Assembly (NCBI RefSeq): GCF_006345805.1
Contig: NC_043020.1
Location: 8,804,001 to 8,868,000 of the forward strand
Direction of reading: 5' to 3'
From: Octopus sinensis
Taxonomy: Eukaryota
DNA length: 64,000 nucleotides
The notes under the pieces were generated by a model. That model did not search any database and was not told the origin of the DNA. It was given only the letters and a program-made list of their open reading frames with translations. Positions 38,135 to 50,489 of the stretch are shown here, in pieces. How positions within the stretch are numbered: the stretch's first letter is position 1; the number at the start of each line of letters is the position of its first letter. A program made the position numbers and the translations under genes.

Positions 38135-38690
38135 CTACGTGCACGTACACCTTTCTACACATTCATATACATTCATACACACACACCTTCCTACACATAC
38201 ATCCATACATGTACACACACACCTTTCTATACATACATATACACACCTTTCTACACATACATATACATTCATACACACACACACACCTTTCTACACATAC
38301 ATATACATTCATACACACACACACCTTTCTACACATACATATACATTCATACACACACACACCTTTCTACACATACATATACATTCATACACACACACAC
38401 CTTTCTACACATACCTATACATTCATACACCTACACACACACACACCTTTCTACACATACATATACATTCATACATGCACACACACCTTTCTACACATAC
38501 ATATACATTCATACACACACACACCTTTCTACACATACATATACATTCATACACACACACACCTTTCTACACATGCATATACATTCATACACACACCTTT
38601 CTACGCATATATATTCATACATGCACACACACCTTTCTACACATACATGCACACACACCTTCCTACACATACATATACATTCATAAATGC
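38135..38690. repeat. About 38-bp minisatellite (CCTTTCTACACATACATATACATTCAT(AC)n)
   Basis: cctttct at 38286, 38324, 38362 and onward; the period varies with CA number. Confidence 0.9.
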
Positions 38691-39034
38691 ACATACACAC
38701 ACTCAGAGAAAAAAAAACCCACCACCTCAGTGATGTGAGAGAGAGAGAGAGAGAAAGAAAGAGAAAGAGAGACTTCATCCTCCTCTTCCTACACCTCACA
38801 CTCCCTCCTCCCACAGCACTATCCTGTATTGATTATTTATCTGTGATACAACAATATCAATAGAGGTAGATTCAAGTCCCCTGCACTGTTGATCTGGAAT
38901 GCTTAGAGAGAAATGGACCACCAACTCTAAAATCAATAGAGAGCCAATAGAGTGGTCGTCTTAACGAGCTCTCACCACCAACACCAACACCACCCCTCCA
39001 CCCGTATTTTCCCCCCCTCATCATAATGATCATG

Positions 39035-39065
<31 letters not shown>

Positions 39066-39624
39066 CGACTTCTAACAAAATATCAATGATTAATAATAAT
39101 AATAATAACAATGAAATTGAATAGGTAAATATTAAATGAAAAGTCGTTTTTTGCATTTTTTTTACTCGTCACACACATGCACACACACACACATTGCAGT
39201 TTTCTAAGATGCTTAAAATGAAGAGAGAGAGAGAGAGAGAGAGAGAGGATGCAAAGATAAACAGATGTGTTTGTTTGAGTGTGTTTCACCATTACTTAAA
39301 AACGAAAGAGAGAGGGAGGGAGAGAGAGAAGAAGGAGAAACAGAGGTGGGGCAAGGTTGAGGAGAGAGAAACAGAGAGAAAACGACAAGAGAAAAGATAG
39401 AGAGAGAGAGGAAGTAGAGAGAAATAGGTAGAGAGAGGGGGAGAGATAAAGAAGGAGAGAAACAGATTGAAGAGTCGTATTGAAGCGAGAGAGATGGGGA
39501 GGAGAGAAGCCAATTCTATTAAGATCCTATACACAAACAAACAGCTTATAATTTACCATTGGCTGTAGAAACCTCCCTACCAGACCTGGCTAATTATCTC
39601 TATTAAACATTACCATCATTAGTA

Positions 39625-39687
39625 ATGGTATTATTATTATTATCATTATTATCAGTACTATTATTATTTTATTATTATTATCAGTAC

Positions 39688-39720
<33 letters not shown>

Positions 39721-39785
39721 CAGTACTATTATTTTATTATTATTATTATTATTATTATCAGTATTATTATTATTATTATCAGTAC

Positions 39786-39824
<39 letters not shown>

Positions 39825-39848
39825 CAGTACTATTATTATTATTATTGA
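39625..39848. repeat. (ATT)n array periodically interrupted by CAGTACT
   Basis: Direct inspection. Confidence 0.9.
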
Positions 39849-40790
39849 CTGAAGCTTAGCAAAGCATCTGTGAAAAATAGAAAAGGAGCGAAGCAACAGT
39901 GTTTGAGAGGATGAGACGCAGAGACTGAATGGAAAGAAGGGTAGAGAGAGAGAGAGAGAGCGACAAAAGAAGGAGGAGCAGTGTGGGAGGTGGGGGGTAG
40001 CAAAAGAGGCAGTTTTACATACTGAGAAGAGATGAGACGATGAGCCGAGACTATTGAAATTTCCAAAAATAATCTCTCTGTAGGAGGAATTTTCGAAAGG
40101 AAAACAAAAGGGAAGAACAGAACATAAAATAAAAGCAGCGTGTGTGTGTGTGTGTGTAACAGTCTTGTTCTCCCTTGCCTGCCCCCCCTACCGCCCTCGC
40201 CCAAAATCCTCATCAGCCACCCCACCTCTTCCCGACTCCAACCTCCATTTCTTGGCAACTCCTACTAAGTCCAAAGATAAACGAACACTGAGATAATGAG
40301 GGAGCCTCGATGTGGTTACTCAATCTGCCAGAAACAACAGGCAACCACCCCTCCTACTTTGTTTTTTTTTTTTTTTTTGGCTTTTTTTTAATGAAGGGCA
40401 CATTGTGTAATGTACCGAGATACAGATGGTCTGAAAATAAATAGGGGACGGTCATAAGTCTAACGAGCGAGTGCCAGCCTAGGGCTAAATAACAGCAATG
40501 ACATCAACAGGTGAAGAGGAACTTTATACATGGCTGTTCATCATTCCTGAAATAACAGTGATCATTCCATCTGCTAGAAATAGCAGTGAAATTTCTTCAA
40601 ATCACACCCAGTCATCTGAAACCAGCAAGGACGCATTGAACTATATAGTCCTAGACACAAAAAGACTCGGGATGGGCAAGGATGGAATACTTATGAATAT
40701 GAATCTGCTCAATTAGAACTGTCTTGGGGACAATCAAAAACAACCATTTCTCTATCAGATTACATTGCAAAATGTAGTCTTCGATACATT

Positions 40791-41175
40791 TGGAGGCGCA
40801 ATGGCCCAGTGGTTAGGGCAGCGGACTCGCGGTCATAGGATCGCGGTTTCGATTCCCAGACCGGGCGTTGTGAGTGTTTATTGAGCGAAAACACCTAAAA
40901 GTTCCACGACGCTCCGGCAGGGGATGGTGGTGATCCCTGCTGTACACTTTCACCACAACCTTTCTCTCACTCTTACTTCCTGTTTCTGTTGTACCTGTAT
41001 TTCAAGGGGCCGGCCTTGTCACTCTCTGTGTCACGCTGAATATCCCCGAGAACTACGTTAAGGGTGCATGTGCCTGTGGAGTGCTCAGCCACTTACACGT
41101 TAATTTCACGAGCAGGCTGTTCCGTTGATTCGAATCAACCGGAACCCTCATCGTCGTAACCAACGGAGTGCTTCC
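40791..41175 (+). mobile_element. Family A SINE, full length, with 13-bp TSD
   Basis: A box TGGCCCAGTGG, B box GGTTTCGATTCCC, TCG in the anticodon-like position. TSD tcttcgatacatt at 40778-40790 and 41176-41188. Confidence 0.9.
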
Positions 41176-41410
41176 TCTTCGATACATTAGGATGGAATGG
41201 TCATGGATGAAACACCCTTTGCTCGTAAGTTCACTGGATCAAGTCTATACTATGGTTGAACATTTTAAAAACACCACCAATGACAACCTGGAGTGCAGAC
41301 CTGAATAAATTGCTGTAGAAACAACAAATTTTGTGCTATTAATAAATAAGCTGTGACAGTAAAAGAAAAATTCATTAAACAGCGATAATGGTTTTGCTTG
41401 GTGAGACTAT

Positions 41411-44400
41411 CAGTGCTGGTGCCACTTAAAAAGCACTGGTGCTGGCGCCACGTAAAAGGCACTGGTGCTGGTGACACGTAAAAGGCACTGGTGCTGGCGC
41501 CACGTAAAAGGCACTGGTGCTGGTGCCATGTAAAAAGCACTGGTGCTGGTGACACGTAAAAGGCACTGGTGCTGGTGCCATGTAAAAGGCACTGGTGCTG
41601 GTGCCACGTAAAAGGCACTGGTGCTGGCGCCACGTAAAAGGCACTGGTGCTGGTGCCATGTAAAAAGCACTGGTGCTGGTGACACGTAAAAGGCACTGGT
41701 GCTGGTGCCATGTAAAAGGCACTGGTGCTGGTGCCACGTAAAAGGCACTGGTGCTGGCGCCACGTAAAAGGCACTGGTGCTGGTGCCACGTAAAAGGCAC
41801 TGGTGCTGGCGCCACGTAAAAGGCACTGGTGCTGGTGCCATGTAAAAAGCACTGGTGCTGGTGACACGTAAAAAGCACTGGTGCTGGTGCCACGTAAAAG
41901 GCACTGGTGCTGGTGCCATGTAAAAAGCACTGGTGCTGGTGCCGTGTAAAAAGCACTGGTGCTGGTGCCACGTAAAAGGCACTGGTGCTGGTGACACGTA
42001 AAAAGCACTGGTGCTGGTGCCGTGTAAAAAGCACTGGTGCTGGTGCCGTGTAAAAAGCACTGGTGCTGGTGACACGTAAAAGGCACTGGTGCTGGCGCCA
42101 CGTAAAAGGCACTGGTGCTGGTGCCACGTAAAAAGCACTGGTGCTGGTGCCACGTAAAAGGCACTGGTGCTGGCGCCACGTAAAAGGCACTGGTGCTGGT
42201 GCCGTGTAAAAAGCACTGGTGCTGGTGACACGTAAAAAGCACTGGTGCTGGTGCCACGTAAAAGGCACTGGTGCTGGCGCCACGTAAAAGGCACTGGTGC
42301 TGGTGCCGTGTAAAAAGCACTGGTGCTGGTGCCGTGTAAAAAGCACTGGTGCTGGTGACACGTAAAAGGCACTGGTGCTGGCGCCACGTAAAAGGCACTG
42401 GTGCTGGTGCCACGTAAAAAGCACTGGTGCTGGTGCCACGTAAAAGGCACTGGTGCTGGCGCCACGTAAAAGGCACTGGTGCTGGTGCCGTGTAAAAAGC
42501 ACTGGTGCTGGTGACACGTAAAAAGCACTGGTGCTGGTGCCACGTAAAAGGCACTGGTGCTGGCGCCACGTAAAAGGCACTGGTGCTGGTGCCACGTAAA
42601 AGGCACTGGTGCTGGTGCCACGTAAAAGGCACTGGTGCTGGTGCCGTGTAAAAAGCACTGGTGCTGGTGACACGTAAAAAGCACTGGTGCTGGTGACACG
42701 TAAAAAGCACTGGTGCTGGTGCCACGTAAAAGGCACTGGTGCTGGCGCCACGTAAAAGGCACTGGTGCTGGTGCCACGTAAAAGGCACTGGTGCTGGTGC
42801 CACGTAAAAGGCACTGGTGCTGGTGACACGTAAAAAGCACTGGTGCTGGTGACACGTAAAAAGCACTGGTGCTGGTGCCACGTAAAAGGCACTGGTGCTG
42901 GTGCCACGTAAAAAGCACTGGTGCTGGTGACACGTAAAAGGCACTGGTGCTGGTGCCATGTAAAAGGCACTGGTGCTGGTGACACGTAAAAGGCACTGGT
43001 GCTGGTGACACGTAAAAGGCACTGGTGCTGGTGACACGTAAAAAGCACTGGTGCTGGTGACACGTAAAAAGCACTGGTGCTGGTGCCACGTAAAAGGCAC
43101 TGGTGCTGGTGCCATGTAAAAGGCACTGGTGCTGGTGCCATGTAAAAAGCACTGGTGCTGGTGACACGTAAAAAGCACTGGTGCTGGTGCCATGTAAAAG
43201 GCACTGGTGCTGGTGCCATGTAAAAGGCACTGGTGCTGGTGACACGTAAAAGGCACTGGTGCTGGTGACACGTAAAAGGCACTGGTGCTGGTGCCACGTA
43301 AAAAGCACTGGTGCTGGTGACACGTAAAAAGCACTGGTGCTGGGTGCTTGCCGTGTAAAAAGACTGGTGCTGGTGACACGTAAAAAGCACTGGTGCTGGT
43401 GCCGTGTAAAAAGCACTGGTGCTGGTGACACGTAAAAAGCACTGGTTGCTGGTGACACGTAAAAAGCACTGGTGCTGGTGCCATGTAAAAGGCACTGGTG
43501 CTGGTGCCGTGGTAAAAAGCACTGGTGCTGGTGACACGTAAAAAGCACTGGTGCTGGTGACACGAAAAAAAAGCACTGGTGCTGGTGCACGTAAAAGGCA
43601 CTGGTGCTGGTGCCATGTAAAAGGCACTGGTGCTGGTGCACGTTAAAGGCACTGGTGCTGGTGCCATGTAAAAAGCACTGGTGCTGGTGCCGTGTAAAAA
43701 GCACTGGTTGCTGGTGACACGTAAAAAGCACTGGTGCTGGTGACACGTAAAAAGCACTGGTGCTGGTGCCGTGTAAAAAGCACTGGTGCTGGTGACACGT
43801 AAAAAGCACTGGTGCTGGTGACACGTAAAAGGCACTGGTGCTGGTGACACGTAAAAAGCACTGGTGCTGGTGACACGTAAAAAGCACTGGTGCTGGTGCC
43901 GTTGTAAAAAGCACTGGTGCTGGTGACACGTAAAAAGCATGGTGCTGGTGACACGTAAAAGGCACTGGTGCTGGTGACACGTAAAAAGCACTGGTGCTGG
44001 TGACACGTAAAAAGCACTGGTGCTGCTGCTGTGTAAAAGGCACTGGTGCTGGCTCCACATAAAAAGTGCTGGTGCCACGCAAAAAGCACTGGTGCTGGTG
44101 CCACGTAAAAAGCACTGGTGCTGGTGCCACGTAAAAGGCACTGGTGCTGGCGCCACGTAAAAAGCACTGGTGCTGGTGACACGTAAAAAGCACTGGTGCT
44201 GGTGCCGTGTAAAAAGCACTGGTGCTGGTGACACGTAAAAAGCACTGGTGCTGGTGCCACGTAAAAGGCACTGGTGCTGGTGACACGTAAAAAGCACTGG
44301 TGCTGGTGACACGTAAAAAGCACTGGTGCTGGTGCCACGTAAAAGGCACTGGTGCTGGTGACACGTAAAAAGCACTGGTGCTGGTGACACGTAAAAAGCG

Positions 44401-46770
44401 GGCTGGTGCTGGTGCCACGTAAAAGGCACTGGTGCTGGTGACACGTAAAAGCACTGGTGCTGGTGCCACGTAAAAGGCACTGGTGCTGGTGACACGTAAA
44501 AAGCACTGGTGCTGGTGACACGTAAAAAAGCACTGGGCTGGTGACACGTAAAAAGCACTGGTGCTGGTGACACGTAAAAAGCACTGGTGCTGGTGACACG
44601 TAAAAGGCACTGGTGCTGGTGCCACGTAAAAGGCACTGGTGCTGGTGACACGTAAAACAAGCACTGGTGCTGGTGACACGTAAAAGGCACTGGTGCTGGT
44701 GCCATGTAAAAGGCACTGGTGCTGGTGACACGTAAAAGGCACTGGTGCTGGTGACACGTAAAAGGCACTGGTGCTGGTGCCATGTAAAAGGCACTGGTGC
44801 TGGTGACACGTAAAAGGCACTGGTGCTGGTGCCATGTAAAAGGCACTGGTGCTGGTGACACGTAAAAGGCACTGGTGCTGGTGACACGTAAAAGGCACTG
44901 GTGCTGGTGCCATGTAAAAGGCACTGGTGCTGGTGACACGTAAAAGGCACTGGTGCTGGTGACACGTAAAAGGCACTGGTGCTGGTGACACGTAAAAAAC
45001 ACTGGTGCTGGTGACACGTAAAAAGCACTGGTGCTGGTGCCACGTAAAAGGCACTGGTGCTGGTGCCACGTAAAAAGCACTGGTGCTGGTGACACGTAAA
45101 AGGCACTGGTGCTGGTGCCATGTAAAAGGCACTGGTGCTGGTGACACGTAAAAGGCACTGGTGCTGGTGACACGTAAAAGGCACTGGTGCTGGTGACACG
45201 TAAAAAGCACTGGTGCTGGTGCCGTGTAAAAAGCACTGGTGCTGGTGACACGTAAAAAGCACTGGTGCTGGTGCCACGTAAAAGGCACTGGTGCTGGTGC
45301 CATGTAAAAGGCACTGGTGCTGGTGCCACGTAAAAGGCACTGGTGCTGGTGCCACGTAAAAGGCACTGGTGCTGGTGACACGTAAAAAGCACTGGTGCTG
45401 GTGCCGTGTAAAAAGCACTGGTGCTGGTGACACGTAAAAAGCACTGGTGCTGGTGCCACGTAAAAGGCACTGGTGCTGGTGCCATGTAAAAGGCACTGGT
45501 GCTGGTGCCACGTAAAAGGCACTGGTGCTGGTGCCATGTAAAAAGCACTGGTGCTGGTGCCATGTAAAAAGCACTGGTGCTGGTGCGTGTAAAAGCACTG
45601 GTGCTGGTTGCCGTGTAAAAAGCACTGGTGCTGGTGGTGAACGTAAAAAAGCACTGGTGCTGGTGACACGTAAAAAGCAACTGGTGCTGGTGCCACGTAA
45701 AAGGCACTGGTGCTGGTGACACGTAAAAAGCACTGGTGCTGGTGACACGTAAAAAGCACTGGTGCGGTGCCACGTAAAAGGCACTGGTTGCTGGTGACAC
45801 GTAAAAAGCACCTGGTGCTGGTGACACGTAAAAGCACTGGTGCTGGTGCCACGTAAAAGGCACTGGTGCTGGTGACACGTAAAAAGCACTGGTGCTGGTG
45901 ACACGTAAAAAGCACTGGTGCTGGTGACACGTAAAAGGCACTGGTGCTGGTGCCACGTAAAAGGCACTGGTGCTGGTGCCACGTAAAAGGCACTGGTGCT
46001 GGCGCCACGTAAAAGGCACTGGTGCTGGTGCCACGTAAAAGGCACTGGTGCTGGCGCCACGTAAAAGGCACTGGTGCTGGTGCCACGTAAAAAGCACTGG
46101 TGCTGGTGCCACGTAAAAGGCACTGGTGCTGGCGCCACGTAAAAGGCACTGGTGCTGGTGCCACGTAAAAGGCACTGGTGCTGGCGCCACGTAAAAGGCA
46201 CTGGTGCTGGCGCCACGTAAAAGGCACTGGTGCTGGTGCCATGTAAAAAGCACTGGTGCTGGTGCCGTGTAAAAAGCACTGGTGCTGGTGCCACGTAAAA
46301 GGCACTGGTGCTGGTGCCATGTAAAAAGCACTGGTGCTGGTGCCGTGTAAAAAGCACTGGTGCTGGTGCCACGTAAAAAGCACTGGTGCTGCTGCTGTGT
46401 AAAAGGCACTGGTGCTGGCTCCACATAAAAAGTGCTGGTGCCACGCAAAAAGCACTGGTGCTGGTGCCACGTAAAAAGCACTGGTGCTGGTGCCACGTAA
46501 AAGGCACTGGTGCTGGCGCCACGTAAAAGGCACTGGTGCTGGTGCCATGTAAAAAGCACTGGTGCTGCTGCTGTGTAAAAGGCACTGGTGCTGGTGCCAC
46601 ACAAAAGGTAGTGGTTCTGGTGCTGTGTAAAAGGCAGTGGTGTTGGTGCCACGCAAAAGGCACTGGTGCTGGTGCCGTGTAAAAGGCACTGGTGCTGGCT
46701 CCACATAAAAAGTGCTGGTGCTGGTGCCACGCAAAAGGCACTGGTGCTGGCACCAGGTAAAAAGCACTGG
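41411..46770. repeat. 26-bp satellite array, about 205 units
   Basis: Consensus GCACTGGTGCTGGTG(C/A)CACGTAAAA(G/A). The 26-aa periodicity of the ORFs equals three 26-bp units. Confidence 0.97.
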
Positions 46771-46950
46771 CCAGTGTCATGTGAAAATCACATAGTAAAC
46801 TCTATGAAGCGGTTGGCATTAGGAAGGGCATCCAGTTGCAGAGAGCTTGCCAAAACAGACAAGTAGAGCCTGGTGTAGCTCTCTAGCTTGCCAGATCCTG
46901 TCAAACCACCCAACCCAAGCCAGCATGGATGACAGACAGTAAATGGTGAT
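46771..46950 (+). mobile_element. Diverged family D 3' half abutting the satellite
   Basis: ggttggcattaggaagggcatccag...acccaagccagcatgg. Confidence 0.75.
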
Positions 46951-47082
46951 ATTACATGTAGAATACATAATGCAAAATTTTAAAATCTATTCTGTATGGC
47001 CTGGTACCAAATGGTCCAGTGGACAGGGACCCCTGCATTCCCAAAGGTAAGAAGAGTCAAAAGGAGAATAATAATAATAATA

Positions 47083-47495
47083 ATCCTTTCTTCTAAAGGC
47101 ACAAGGCCAGCAGTTTTGGGAGGCCAGAGTAAGTAAATTACATTGACCCCAGTGTTCCACTGGTACTTAATTTATCGACCCCGAAAGGATAGAAGGCAAA
47201 GTTGACCTCGGAATGTAAAGACAAATGAAATGCCACTAAGCATTTTGTGTGCTAAAAATTTTGCTAACTCGCCTTAATAATAATCTTTCCTACTCTAGGC
47301 ACAAGGTCGGAAATTTTTGGGGAGGGGGCCAGTCGATTAGATTGACTCCAGTACACAACTGGTATTTAATTTATCGACCCCAAAAGGATGAAAGGCAAAA
47401 TCGAACTCGGAGGAATTTGAACTCAGAATGTAAAGACAGATGAAATACCGCTGAGCATTTCACCTGGTGTGCTAACGTCTCTGCCAGCTCGCCTT
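47083..47495 (-). mobile_element. Two family C SINE copies separated by (TAA)n
   Basis: atcgacccc(g/a)aaaggat...gctcgccttaataa. Confidence 0.8.
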
Positions 47496-47518
47496 AATAA
47501 TAATAATAATGATGATAA

Positions 47519-47878
47519 CAACAAGAGCACTCAGAGAGTGCAAACCTCCGCCAAGACAACACCAATGTCCTCTCAACAATTATCCAGAGGTGATTTTCAA
47601 AATGAGAGTATTTGAAATAAACTCGACTGCTGTCACAAACAAGAATTCTAAAAATGAACCTGACCACTCTTAAGTAAAAAACAAAACAGGAAAAATAATC
47701 CAGAATCCTTGTCTGGTACTGGATTGATCCCAAAATCTAATCAGTTCGTGTCAGTCCCAAGGCCGAACATTCCTGAAAGTTTCATCTGAATCCATCCAAC
47801 GGTTCTTGATATCTTGTCCACGGACAAACAAACAAACAAGACTGAAAACAATACCTCTGCTTTTGCTAAGGCAATAAT
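47519..47878 (+). mobile_element. Second Helentron/DINE-1-like element (partial copy at 58035-58143)
   Basis: Subterminal ACCTCCGCCAAG near the 5' end, (CAAA)n near the 3' end, and a degenerate ACCTCTGC..GGCA terminal hairpin. Confidence 0.5.
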
Positions 47879-48539
47879 AGTTTCTGAGGAGGAAACAAGG
47901 TGACAAAGTTTGCAGAATGGCACAGTCAAATTAAAGGGTCTCCACCACATGACTGATACTCCTTTCATTGACCCCCAGGAGGATGAAAGGATGACGTCAG
48001 CACAAGCAGGATTTGAATTCAAAACAGAAATATGTAACTAAAAATTGCTAACCTCAACTAACACCCTTCTTTCTTATAAGAGAAAGGACACGTTGTTTGA
48101 TGTAGTCCTAGATACACTCTTTTACTCATTTCAGCCATGCGGCTGTGGTCATGCTGGAGCACCACCATGAATAAAAAAAAAAACAATGGCTGTTCAAGTT
48201 ATTGAGATCTTTAACAATAAAGTCGCTCAATCATGACTTTGGATTAAAATAACACCAGGATTAATAATTCATTTAACAGACTCATTGCGAGTGACGAATG
48301 AGTCAGTCGTTTCTCCTCCCCCTACTCTTCACTGGAATCACCGCTTCACCAATAAGTTCCTCTGAATAAATAAATAAACACCCAACTAAACCAAACGAGT
48401 CTTTTAGTTTCATGAAAGGTTCACAAAAATGGAATGAATTAGTTTGGCGAGGCGGGGGAGAAGTGTTGGTAATGTTTTGGGCCAAACACAAGAGCCAGGT
48501 CAGGGAAAGATAGTGCTCAGGGGGGGGGTAAGGCAGGGG

Positions 48540-49030
48540 GAGTGGAGGTAGCCAGAGAGGTGGGGGAGAGGAAGAATAAGAGAGAAGGCAGAAGGAAAGT
48601 GAAAGTGGGAGGAGAGGAGAGAATGGGAGGAAGAAGAGAGAGAGAGAGAGAGGAAGAGGACGAGAGGGAGGGAGAGGATAGGATGGGGAGAGAGAGGATA
48701 GGAGAGAGAGAGGATAGGAGAGAGAGAGGGAGGATAGGCAAGAAGAGAGAGGATAGGAGAGCGAAGAGATATAGGGAGAGAGAGAGGGAGAGGATAGGAG
48801 AGAGAGGGAGAGGATAGGAGAGAGAGGGAGGGAGGGAGAGGATAGGAGAGAGAAGGAAAGGATAGGAGAGAGGGAGGGAGAGAGGGAGGAGAAGATAAGA
48901 GAGCGGGAGGGAGGGGATAAGAGAGAAGGAGCAAGAGGATAAGAGAGGGAGGGAGAGGATAAGAGGGAGGGTGAGAGACAGAGAGAGGTGTAAAAGAAAA
49001 GAAAGATATAGAGGTAACAGAGAGAGAGAG
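48540..49030. repeat. Polypurine (GA)-rich tract with GAGAGGATAG units
   Basis: Direct inspection. Confidence 0.9.
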
Positions 49031-49989
49031 GTAAGTGGGTGTGAAAATAAAAGTAGAGAAGAACAGGAAAGATAATTACTCTTCTTGGAGTCAACTTTTC
49101 CCTTTGATTTTGGAGATTTATGGCTGAGCCAATGTGGCTGGCGTCAGTCTCTCGTACAGCTGCTATAAACAGACATGACTGTTGATGCCATGGTCAGCTA
49201 AAACCCAGTACATTCATCAATTACTAATGAACGACTTATGACACATGCTGCCATCGCAGATGACACAGTTCTGCGGTTCTCGCTACAAACATCTATTATG
49301 GATGACTTTCTGTGCACATCCACATTTACGTAGACACACAAACACAGAGAGTCAAATCTTGACCTCTTCTGACTATTGTTATTAAAAGAAGCTTCATACA
49401 ACACACATTTCTCTAAGGTAATAAACAATACTTCTACGCTTACAAAATTTCAGTCTGAAGATTCCCAAATGAATGACGAAACTACTCGTCATTGTAAAAT
49501 GTCAATGACCTGACAACTGGAGAGAGGACTATTATTTTGGTTGGTGCTGAATTATTTTCGGTTTTAAGCTGGTTTCCACAGGATCTGAACTCAGAATGTA
49601 AAAGCATATCGCCAAACATTTAAACAGTTTTGCCAATTCAATACCTGTCTTCCATTCTAATCAAGCTTAAAAGGTGTGTCAAGAGTTCATTGTGGAATCT
49701 ATCTGTATTAAGGGTCAACCACAGCAAACAGGGAATGAAGTTGTGTGGCTTGCATTAACCCTTTCTTTTGCCATATTTCTGTCGAAATATATTGTCTTTA
49801 TAAGACACTATCATACGTTAAATTCAACTTTCATTGAAAGTCAACAAACAAAGTTTGCTTTAGAAGTATTGAGATGTACTAAATGATAAGGAAATAATTT
49901 TATTCTCAAACACAGGATAATGCTAATAATATAGTGAGTTCACAGCTGAAACCTACACCAGTGTCACATAACCAGCCCCAGCCCACTCA

Positions 49990-50370
49990 AAAAGTACCTT
50001 GGATCGTAGGGTGACATGCTGTGCTTGAGGAGACCTACTGAGTCAAGTACATCAAAATCAAGTGGAAATTGTGGTTGTGATCCCTGTACTGGTGACACGT
50101 AAAAAGCACCATCCGAACATGGCCGATGCCAGTGCTATCTTGACTGGCACCAACCGATTGTGATCATTGCCAGCCTCCTCTGGCCCCTGTGTCAGTGGCA
50201 CGTAAAAAGCACCCACTACACTCACGGAGTGGTTGGTATTAGGAAGTGTATCCAGCTGTAGAAACACTGCCAGATCAGACTGGAGCCTGATGCAGCCTCC
50301 TGGCTTCCAAGACCCCAGTCAAATTGTCTAACCCATGCCAGCATGGAAAATGGACATTAAACGATGATGA
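49990..50370 (+). mobile_element. Family D retroposon
   Basis: GGTGACACGTAAAAAGCAC, AGGAAGTGTATCCAGC, CCCATGCCAGCATGG and a (GAT)n tail. Confidence 0.8.
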
Positions 50371-50489
50371 TAATAATGAACAGGATAAACTATCCATATT
50401 TTGTAGAAAAATCTGTCAGTGGCCAGCCATGAGATTTGAACTCACATCCCTGTGATTACACATCATGGATAGTTTATCCTGTTCATGCT

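Noticed and set aside
40792-40865. tRNA-Arg gene
   Set aside because: A and B boxes and a TCG loop are present, but there is no acceptor stem closure and it continues into a multi-copy SINE body with a TSD. The same applies to the family B and C heads.
41411-46770. CRISPR array
   Set aside because: Units are contiguous with no unique spacers, there are no cas genes, and the context is animal genomic DNA. The same applies to 4772-5785.
41265-46780. 1821, 1785, 1045 and 733 aa ORFs as a real structural-protein gene
   Set aside because: The unit is 26 bp (not a multiple of 3), all three frames are equally open, indels switch frames freely, and the unit derives from a retroposon motif.
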